Below, piece after piece: positions 51,580 to 59,040 of a DNA stretch of 64,000 bases. Source of the stretch: Opitutaceae bacterium (GTDB lineage Bacteria; Verrucomicrobiota; Verrucomicrobiia; Opitutales; Opitutaceae). The stretch covers positions 14,151 through 78,150 of the forward strand of contig DASXYY010000029.1 of assembly GCA_036502225.1 (NCBI GenBank). Direction: 5' to 3'. A program made the position numbers and the translations under genes. How positions within the stretch are numbered: the first letter of the stretch is position 1; every line of letters begins with the position of its first letter. Below the pieces are notes generated by a model. It was given only the letters and a program-made list of their open reading frames with translations, was not told where the DNA came from and searched no databases.

Positions 51580-52632
51580 CTAGACCCGCTTCTTCCAGGC
51601 TGCAACGATTTGAGCGATGGTGTCATCCAGGGTTTGGGTGATGTCCCAACCTGGGAAATGGGCCTTCATTTTCCGCAGGTCGGAATAGTAGCAGATATGA
51701 TCCCCGACGCGATTTTCTTCGAGATAGGTGTAGACCTGTTGGCGTCCCGAATAGCGCTCGGCGACGGCAAAAGCCTCGAGGATGGAGGCGCTGTTGGCCT
51801 TGCCTCCTCCCAGATTGTAGACCTCCCCGGGCCGCGGGGCCGCGACGAACGCCGCGATGAACCGGGCGACGTCCAAGGAATGGATGTTGTCCCGCACCTG
51901 CTTCCCCTTGTACCCGAAAATCTTGTACTCCCGGCCTTCCAGGTTGCATTTGACCAGATACGAGAGGAATCCGTGCAGCTCCACTCCCGTGTGGTTCGGT
52001 CCGGTCAGGCATCCACCCCGCAGGCAGCAGGTCGGCAGGCCGAAATACCGGCCATATTCCTGGACCATGACGTCCGCCGCCACCTTGGACGCGCCAAAGA
52101 GCGAGTGCTTGGACTGGTCGATCGTGAAGGTTTCGGCAATGCCTTCGGCGTACGCCGGATCCGAGTAGTCCCAGCGGGTGGCCTGTTCCACCAAGGCGAT
52201 GCGGTTGGGGGCGTCGCCGTAGACCTTGTTCGTGCTCATGTGAGCGAAAGGCGACTGCGGACAGGCTTGGCGGGCAGCTTCGAGCAAATTCAGCGTGCCG
52301 ACGGCGTTGGTGTCGAAATCGTCGAAGGGAATGGAGGCCGCCCGATCGTGGCTGGGTTGCGCCGCCGTGTGAACGATGGCGTCCGGCTTCACTGCGTTGA
52401 CCAGCGCCAGCACGCCGGCCCGGTCGCGAATATCCAGCTCGTGATGGCGAAATCCCGGCAGTTCGCGCGCCAGCCGAGCCTGGTTCCACCGTGTGTCTCC
52501 CGCCGGTCCGAAAAATACCGCGCGCTGGTTGTTGTCCACCCCGTGAATGGTCCAGCCTTCGCGGGCGAAATGGGCGCAGACTTCGGAACCGATCAGGCCG
52601 GAAGACCCGGTGACGAGCAGGTTTTTGGGCAT
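51580..52632 (-). CDS. NAD-dependent epimerase/dehydratase (extended SDR, CDP-paratose-2-epimerase-like)
   Basis: ATG at 52632 ([17 protein letters not shown]). [10 protein letters not shown]. The expected YxxxK position reads FGASK (codon TTT). Confidence 0.8.
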   Translation of the reverse strand: MPKNLLVTGSSGLIGSEVCAHFAREGWTIHGVDNNQRAVFFGPAGDTRWNQARLARELPGFRHHELDIRDRAGVLALVNAVKPDAIVHTAAQPSHDRAASIPFDDFDTNAVGTLNLLEAARQACPQSPFAHMSTNKVYGDAPNRIALVEQATRWDYSDPAYAEGIAETFTIDQSKHSLFGASKVAADVMVQEYGRYFGLPTCCLRGGCLTGPNHTGVELHGFLSYLVKCNLEGREYKIFGYKGKQVRDNIHSLDVARFIAAFVAAPRPGEVYNLGGGKANSASILEAFAVAERYSGRQQVYTYLEENRVGDHICYYSDLRKMKAHFPGWDITQTLDDTIAQIVAAWKKRV

Positions 52633-52649
52633 GGAAAGCGGACGTTGAA

Positions 52650-54785
52650 TCAAACCGCCGCTAAAGGCAGCGCGAAAAATGCCGCCGCGCCAAGAAGTAA
52701 TGCGAGGTCGATTTTGGACAGATGATCCCACGAAAAACCGGACGCACCGATCATGCCCGCCCAATGGGCCGCCAGGGTTTCGAGCAAGACAATTGCAAGC
52801 GCCAGGCGGGACGCCGGCCGGCTGAGAGGCCAGCGCGTCGCGGTCCACAGCACGATGCCGATCGTAATCGGTTCCAGACAGTTTCGGCCGAGGCCGTCGG
52901 TGCTGTAGCCCCAAAAAACCACGGCAAGCGCAAGCCCGGCGAGGATGAACCACCGGCCGAATTCCCGACCGTTTCGATCCGGGGAGTGGGAACGCTTGAA
53001 CGCAGCCAGGAGCGGGATCCACGCGCCGGCAAAGCCCAGCTGGGAGGGAAGCGTCTTCGAATATTGCATCGACCAGATGAGCCAATCGTTCAGTTGACGG
53101 GTGCGCCAGACATGGGCCGCCTTATCCGCCAGCCAGGCTCCCGGCACGACCGTGTCGAGCAGGCTTTTACCGCGGGAAAGCGCCCAGCTTCCCGCCGAAA
53201 CCGCCGGTAGCGCGCCGCGCCCATCGCCGATGAAGTAGGAGAGGAATGGGTCGGGTTCGTGCGCGTGGTGCTTTAACCACAGCCAAGGAAGGCAGGCCGC
53301 GGCTGCCGTTGCCGCGGAGCGCAGGGTCCATCCCAGACCATTGAGGCGCAGAAAAAAGACCAGCAGCGGCACCGCGAACAATGCGCCGAGCGGATGGGCG
53401 TAGTAGGCCGCGGCGAGCCACAGGCCCGTCCAAATAAAGTGGAAGCGGCGGCCCGACTCGGGAATCGCAGCGGCCGCTGCCAGCAACAGGAATGAGGTCG
53501 CCAGCAGCTTCGGCCATACGAACGTCGTATTGATCCACGTCACCGGCGCGAACGTCAGCCAGACCAGCGCCCATCGCGCTTTCTTCGGTTCCACGCCCAG
53601 ACTGAGGAGCAGCTCCGCGGCGGCCAAAATGAGGCCCGCATTGGTGAAGATGCCGATGAACCGGGCGATAAAGAAACTTTCTTCGGCCGCGGGCCAGGGA
53701 CCCAGGGAGGCATCGCCGCCCGATTGGACCTGAGGCGGGGCGAGACCGAATTCCCCCAGAATGGCCAGCGGAATCAAAGGTCCTCGCGAAGTGGCCGACC
53801 ACCCGTGCCAGAAGAAACGTTCCGAGACCGCGGGCGTCCGCACCGGCAGCGTCAAATACGCCGCCGTTTTGTAGGGAATGGCGCTGTCCGGCGGCGAAGC
53901 CGCGAGCCGGGCTTGGAGCGGCGACTGCCTCCAGAAATCCTCGCCCAAAGGCGTGCGCACGGCCGAATCGAGGATCGCGGCGCCCGCGAGCGCGATGAAG
54001 CACAACCAGGCCGTTCGCTCCACTTCACCATTGCAAGCAAGCGGCGAGACGCCGCTTCCACGGAACACCACCGATATCACCAATAGACTCTCGATCACGA
54101 CCAGCCCCTTCCCAGCCAGCGAACCGTGGGCGGGCCCCCATAGGCAAGCCACGACTCCCGCCGCCATCATCAGTCCAAGTCCCGGCAAGGGAACGTAGGC
54201 GGCTTTCCGAATCCCGAATGCCCAGCCGGGAACGAGCAACAGCGCGGCGACGGAAAAAGCGCAGGCGAAATAATAGACGTAATCGGTTTGCAGATACGCC
54301 GGAACCGGATGCGGCGGCAACGCATCCACCGATCTCGACGACCGGATGGGAGAACCGCACCACACCGAGCCCGGCGACGCCTGGATCTGCGCGCGGAGGC
54401 CCCGCCAGCCGCGGACGTCGATCTTCCAAAAGTTGAGCCCCGGGTAGGCGTCGGGGCGGCGGCGCAGGGTCGCGACCGGGAATCCGGAAGTGTCGATCAC
54501 GTCAAGTTTGAGTTCCGCGTCCTGGCCTTGGAAGGGGACGTAAAGAAACGAACCGGTCAGCGCGAACCGGCGGGACTCCCGCTGCGGCCGCTGAATGGCA
54601 TAGGTGACGTCCCCGAGCGGAACGCCGTCGAAATCCTTCCCGGAAAGCACGTCCGCCCGCCATTCCGAATCCGCTCCCGAATTCGGCCGAAACCACCAGG
54701 GCAGGTTCAGGATCAGCAGGACGACCATCGCCGCGATCCGCGAATTGGATTGAAAACCGGCGCCTCGACTCACTGTGATGCGCAA
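52650..54785 (-). CDS. large polytopic membrane protein (up to 711 aa) with N-terminal extracytoplasmic domain
   Basis: About 14 hydrophobic segments after a ~170-aa soluble region. Start uncertain: TTG 54785, GTG 54773 or ATG 54728. Confidence 0.55.
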   Translation of the reverse strand: MRITVSRGAGFQSNSRIAAMVVLLILNLPWWFRPNSGADSEWRADVLSGKDFDGVPLGDVTYAIQRPQRESRRFALTGSFLYVPFQGQDAELKLDVIDTSGFPVATLRRRPDAYPGLNFWKIDVRGWRGLRAQIQASPGSVWCGSPIRSSRSVDALPPHPVPAYLQTDYVYYFACAFSVAALLLVPGWAFGIRKAAYVPLPGLGLMMAAGVVACLWGPAHGSLAGKGLVVIESLLVISVVFRGSGVSPLACNGEVERTAWLCFIALAGAAILDSAVRTPLGEDFWRQSPLQARLAASPPDSAIPYKTAAYLTLPVRTPAVSERFFWHGWSATSRGPLIPLAILGEFGLAPPQVQSGGDASLGPWPAAEESFFIARFIGIFTNAGLILAAAELLLSLGVEPKKARWALVWLTFAPVTWINTTFVWPKLLATSFLLLAAAAAIPESGRRFHFIWTGLWLAAAYYAHPLGALFAVPLLVFFLRLNGLGWTLRSAATAAAACLPWLWLKHHAHEPDPFLSYFIGDGRGALPAVSAGSWALSRGKSLLDTVVPGAWLADKAAHVWRTRQLNDWLIWSMQYSKTLPSQLGFAGAWIPLLAAFKRSHSPDRNGREFGRWFILAGLALAVVFWGYSTDGLGRNCLEPITIGIVLWTATRWPLSRPASRLALAIVLLETLAAHWAGMIGASGFSWDHLSKIDLALLLGAAAFFALPLAAV
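54039..54061. repeat. solo type C REP unit within a CDS
   Basis: Minus-strand GTGGAAGCGGCGTCTCGCCGCTT differs at one loop base from the arms at 43647-43706. Confidence 0.7.
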
Positions 54786-54788
54786 CTC

Positions 54789-55550
54789 TTGACCCGCCTT
54801 TCTCCACTTTCAAGGCCGACCCGGCTTTCCGTGATCGTGCCGGTCTACAACGAACGTCCCACCGTGACGGAGGCGTTGCAGGCGCTGCTGGCCAAGGAAA
54901 TCTCCGGCGTCGAAATCGAAATTGTCATCGTCGAGAGCAACTCCACCGACGGCACCCGCGAAATCGTCCAGGGTTTGGCCGCGCATCCCCGGGTGGTCCT
55001 GGTCCTCGAGGACCGGCCCCAGGGCAAAGGGCACGCGGTGCGCGAAGCCTTCAAGCACATCACTGGAAATGTCGTCCTGATTCAAGACGCCGACCTGGAA
55101 TACGATTTGGCCGACTATGAGCCGCTGCTGGCGCCGATTATCGCCGGCCGGCAGACCTTCGTGCTGGGATCTCGCCATGGCGAAGGCGGCTGGGTCATCC
55201 GCAAATTCGACGACCAGCCGTTCCGGGGCTTCATCCTCAATCTGGCCCATTGGACGTTCACCCTGATGCTCAATGTGGCGCTCGGCACCTGGCTGCGCGA
55301 CCCGTTCACGATGTACAAGGTCTTCCGCCGCGAATGCCTCGACGGACTGACCTTCGAGTGCAACCGCTTCGATTTCGACTGGGAGCTCCTGATCAAGCTG
55401 GTCCGCCGGGGCCATCGCCCGATCGAAATCCCAGTTGCCTACCGCTCGCGCTCCTTCAGCGAGGGAAAGAAGGTCCGCATGTTCGCGGACCCGATCACTT
55501 GGATCTGGGCGCTCGCGAAATACCGGTATTGCAATTTGCGACCGAAGTGA
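54789..55550 (+). CDS. GT2-family glycosyltransferase
   Basis: LSVIVPVYNERPTV, VIVESNSTDGT, LIQDADLEYD. There is no ATG, so TTG 54789 is proposed; the track ORF from 54288 is antisense to the neighbouring gene. Confidence 0.7.
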   Translation: MTRLSPLSRPTRLSVIVPVYNERPTVTEALQALLAKEISGVEIEIVIVESNSTDGTREIVQGLAAHPRVVLVLEDRPQGKGHAVREAFKHITGNVVLIQDADLEYDLADYEPLLAPIIAGRQTFVLGSRHGEGGWVIRKFDDQPFRGFILNLAHWTFTLMLNVALGTWLRDPFTMYKVFRRECLDGLTFECNRFDFDWELLIKLVRRGHRPIEIPVAYRSRSFSEGKKVRMFADPITWIWALAKYRYCNLRPK

Positions 55551-57522
55551 TTGTTCGGGGCAGGTCTTCGGAACTGCTCCAAGCTTCCGCCATCAGTGCG
55601 ACCAAGAAGATGAGTCCGGCGGCCAGCGTAATCGTGCCCGCCCAGCGCGTGGCCCTCCACGCGGCGTGGGACCACCGGCCCATTTCGACAGGGTCGGCGA
55701 ACGCGAACCACGCGTTGGGACGATCGACGCGGGCTTCGACGACAAAGGGCCCGGAGGGCGCGCGGACGAACGCGTTGTGCCAGCCCTCTCCCGGGACGTG
55801 ATCGGGTTTGACCGTGGCCAGGACCCGGCCGGTCGTCGGATCACTCAGTGTCAGGGAAAGTCCGGTGCGGCCCAGATCGCCGGCCACGAGAAATTGGAGC
55901 CAGCCGCGAACGGGGGACGATACGGGCTGACTGCGCCAGACCGCCGGTTCGGCGCCGTAGGAACCATGGAAGCGGGCTTCGTCCAAGGGCGCGGTGTTCG
56001 GAGAAAGTCCGTCATTCTCCTTGGGATACGGAGGCTGGTTCTGAGGACCGCGGGTATCGGCATCGGCGAAGCCGGTGGTCGCGGCGGTGGTCAGAGCAAG
56101 CGGCAGCCGCACCGAGGCCGGCAGCAGGCGGCGGATGGGCGGCATCCGCAGGACCTCGGCCAGCGAGGCCGCGTCCGGGTAGGGGATCTCGGGATGCCGC
56201 AAAAAGGCCTCATCGCCGGAGGCGAGAAAAAACCGGGTGTTGGATTCAGCGTAGCCGTAGAATCGCGGAAGATCCTTCAGTTGCCCGGGCACCACGTCAC
56301 GCAACTGGTAGCAGAGGCCGATCACGAGAAGCAACGTCCAGGCCCCGGCCAGAAGCAGCCACAGCCGTCGCTTTCCGACTGTGCCGTGGTCGCCGGCAGG
56401 ATCGCTGTAGCCGGGGGCGTTGACACCGGCACCTGCGGTGTCGAAAGCGGGACTGCCGGGGTCACCGCCCCCGGCTACAGAATGCAGCCCGCCGTCGACG
56501 AGGACCGCCAGGCAGAGCGCATTGGTGATGAGGCCCAGGAAGAAGGTGTCGATGTAGCGGGGCGCTGGCGGCGGCGCGCTCCCGCCTCGCGCATAAGCCA
56601 TCGCGGCAACCTGCATCAGAACCCACAAGCCAAGCACAAATAGCAGCAGGTTGAATTGCGTCGCGGGACGCCGGCGGAGAATCCGAACCGCAACCACGGC
56701 CCACGGGACCCAAAACAGCAGCGCGGTGTAACCCCATCCGGCTTCGAAAACGGGCCAGCCCAACCCCCGCATCGCCGCCCACCAGAAGGTGGCGAACGAA
56801 TGAGCCTGCAGGAAATAGTGTCCCGCGACGACGACCCGGATATGCACACCGAGGGCGAATAGGGCGGCGCACAACAGGACCGTCACTGCGGCGACCCACG
56901 AAATCGAGCGTTCGCGCCAGGCTTGAACGAGGACGACGGCGGCGCACGCGAACGCCGCCATGGGGCCGCTGCCCATCGCAACGAGCGACAGGGCCGCCGC
57001 CGCCAATCCCAGCCACCATGTTGCCTGTTTGGGCCGGCGGAAGGGAAGCCAGCACAGCGCCCCGAGCGCGAATAGGATCAGGTACCATTGCTGCGAATGA
57101 AACCCGTGGATGGCGTTTTCCCATGAGAATAATCCGGAGAATGCCATCGCTAGCAGGAGGCCGTTGACCGCAGTGCTTCGGCGCGAAAGATTCCGGCTGG
57201 CCAGGAGCAGAAAACAGACCGCGATCGCCGCGGGAATGCATGCGTTGACGACGGCCTCCAGCCGTTGATCCCACTGGCGATTCGCGATGGTCAGCCCGAG
57301 CGCGACCAATCGGGTCGGAACAATGCGGTGCTCGTTGTGCGCGTGAAAGAGATTGGAAAGGCTGTGATCGCCGGAGTACCACGGCTCCAGGATTTGCCGG
57401 GCTTCCGCATCCCATTGATCGAGCTCCGGGAGCGACCTGCCGAACCGATCGACAAGCGCCCAACGGAACCCCATGACGAAGAGAAACAAGGCCACGGCGG
57501 CCAACGTCAGAGAACGCCTCAT
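55495..57522 (-). CDS. polytopic membrane protein, candidate GT-C glycosyltransferase (paralogue of 57519-58913), with a 24-codon palindromic insert
   Basis: ATG at 57522. TM1 then the acidic loop PELDQWDAE. About 11 TM segments, then a ~200-aa C-terminal soluble domain. Insert at 56407-56478. Confidence 0.6.
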   Translation of the reverse strand: MRRSLTLAAVALFLFVMGFRWALVDRFGRSLPELDQWDAEARQILEPWYSGDHSLSNLFHAHNEHRIVPTRLVALGLTIANRQWDQRLEAVVNACIPAAIAVCFLLLASRNLSRRSTAVNGLLLAMAFSGLFSWENAIHGFHSQQWYLILFALGALCWLPFRRPKQATWWLGLAAAALSLVAMGSGPMAAFACAAVVLVQAWRERSISWVAAVTVLLCAALFALGVHIRVVVAGHYFLQAHSFATFWWAAMRGLGWPVFEAGWGYTALLFWVPWAVVAVRILRRRPATQFNLLLFVLGLWVLMQVAAMAYARGGSAPPPAPRYIDTFFLGLITNALCLAVLVDGGLHSVAGGGDPGSPAFDTAGAGVNAPGYSDPAGDHGTVGKRRLWLLLAGAWTLLLVIGLCYQLRDVVPGQLKDLPRFYGYAESNTRFFLASGDEAFLRHPEIPYPDAASLAEVLRMPPIRRLLPASVRLPLALTTAATTGFADADTRGPQNQPPYPKENDGLSPNTAPLDEARFHGSYGAEPAVWRSQPVSSPVRGWLQFLVAGDLGRTGLSLTLSDPTTGRVLATVKPDHVPGEGWHNAFVRAPSGPFVVEARVDRPNAWFAFADPVEMGRWSHAAWRATRWAGTITLAAGLIFLVALMAEAWSSSEDLPRTITSVANCNTGISRAPRSK
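56407..56478. repeat. type B REP doublet (72 bp) within a CDS
   Basis: GTAGCCGGGGGCGTTGACACCGGC-ACCTGCGGTGTCGAAAGCGGGACT-GCCGGGGTCACCGCCCCCGGCTAC. Confidence 0.9.
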
Positions 57523-58913
57523 AGGAGTAGGAGGACCACGAAGCTCACGCCTGCCAAGGTCGCCAAGACGAACCCCGCGGAGTCAAGAAACCTGGCCATT
57601 CGCGAACCGAAGGGCTCGCGAGCCGGCGGGGTGTGGATGCTCGGAGGATAGAGCGGCCGAAGTTCGGTCAGATTCAAGCGGAGCTGGGAACCATCGACAG
57701 TGGGATAGGGCAGAGCGTCCTCCTTCAACTGGCTCCGGTCGCCCGTGGCGAGGTAGGCGCGCACGTCCGTCCCCATTTCCGAATGGATTCGTCCGGTCTT
57801 TTCCATGGCCGCCCAGGTCCCAGGCCAAGTGGAAATCAGGCCCACTACGACAATCGTCGTCCATAGCCCCGCCGCGCCGCGTATCGTCGGCCGCTGTTCG
57901 GCCGATGTCCGATCGGCCTTCAGCAGCACCCGCAGGCTCAGCGCGTTCGCCAGCAATCCGACGAGGACATTGTCCAAATAGCGGGTCGGCGGGGGCAGCC
58001 CGCCCCAGCCGCGGGCGTAAGCCGCTGCCAGCGATTGCGCGAGCGACCACGCTCCGAGGAGCACAATGAATGTCACCTCGCGCGAGTTGATCTCGTCCCG
58101 ACGCCGAAGAGTGCGGAGTGTCAGCCAGATCCAAGGAAGATAGAGGAGCAGAGCTCCGTAACCGAACGGCGCGGAGAACGCGGGCCAGCCGACGGACTGG
58201 AGCAGCGTTTGGAAAAACTCCGCAACCGATCGGGCCTTGAGCGCCTGAGTGGCCGGCATGGACGTTTGAATCGCCAACGCCACACCGATGATGGCCAGAT
58301 AGATCAATAGGCTTGGCCAAAGGCGCCGCCGTCGCACGACCAGCCAGCCGGCGGCGAATACCGCCGCAAAGAATCCGCTCGCCATGGAACCCAGCGCCAG
58401 ACCCGCCGCCACCCATCCGGGCCAGGAATCCGGCCACGCGAACGTGACCAACGCCAAGCCGACCAGGAAAAGCTGCTGCGAATGGAATCCGCGCAGCACA
58501 TTGTCGGTCGCCCAGGGCACGGCGTAGGCGGCCGCAAGGGCGAGAAACCAGAGACATTGGCCGGTTCGGGACAATCCCGAGGCGAAGCCAAGGAAAAATC
58601 CCGCTGCCAGAACGGCGGCCAGGCCCGCATTGACGGCCGTTTCCAGCCGCTGGTCCCACCAGCCGTTGGCCGTCGTCTCCACGTAGGCCAGCACCCGGGT
58701 GAGCAGGACGTGATGGTCAACGTGCATTTCCAAAAAATTCGAGAGATGCAGGTTATGGTGGGCCCGCGCGACAAACAGATTGAACCCTTCGGCATCCCAC
58801 TCGTCCTCCTCGGGAATGTCGGTGCCGAACCGTCCCTCCACGCCCCACCGGCATCCAAGCACGAGCACCACCAAGCAGGCCGTCAGGGCGATGATGCGGG
58901 TACGCGAGGACAA
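57519..58913 (-). CDS. polytopic membrane protein, candidate GT-C glycosyltransferase (paralogue of 55495-57522)
   Basis: Acidic loop PEEDEWDAE after TM1. Aligns with its paralogue from (L)SSRTRIIALTACLVV. Start inferred as TTG 58913 (alternative TTG 58949). The track ORF to 59339 runs through a repeat. Confidence 0.55.
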   Translation of the reverse strand: MSSRTRIIALTACLVVLVLGCRWGVEGRFGTDIPEEDEWDAEGFNLFVARAHHNLHLSNFLEMHVDHHVLLTRVLAYVETTANGWWDQRLETAVNAGLAAVLAAGFFLGFASGLSRTGQCLWFLALAAAYAVPWATDNVLRGFHSQQLFLVGLALVTFAWPDSWPGWVAAGLALGSMASGFFAAVFAAGWLVVRRRRLWPSLLIYLAIIGVALAIQTSMPATQALKARSVAEFFQTLLQSVGWPAFSAPFGYGALLLYLPWIWLTLRTLRRRDEINSREVTFIVLLGAWSLAQSLAAAYARGWGGLPPPTRYLDNVLVGLLANALSLRVLLKADRTSAEQRPTIRGAAGLWTTIVVVGLISTWPGTWAAMEKTGRIHSEMGTDVRAYLATGDRSQLKEDALPYPTVDGSQLRLNLTELRPLYPPSIHTPPAREPFGSRMARFLDSAGFVLATLAGVSFVVLLLL

Positions 58914-58959
58914 GCGGATGAGCGTGTAAGACGCGTGGGCAATTTGCAACGGCGGGTGA

Positions 58960-59038
58960 GGTGGAGCGCATGGTCCCCATGCGCTTCGGCGCCAAACGCG
59001 GATGGACGTTAAAGCGCAGAGGGACCATGCGCTCCACC
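58960..59038. repeat. type A REP doublet (long-spacer form)
   Basis: GGTGGAGCGCATGGTCCCCATGCGC-TTCGGCGCCAAACGCGGATGGACGTTAAA-GCGCAGAGGGACCATGCGCTCCACC. Confidence 0.9.
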
Positions 59039-59040
59039 CG

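Noticed and set aside
54288-54788. Upstream part of the 420-aa plus-strand ORF containing the GT2 domain
   Set aside because: The region is antisense to the 711-aa membrane-protein gene and is Arg/Pro-rich. The GT2 fold begins at LSVIVPVYNE, so a TTG start at 54789 is more plausible.
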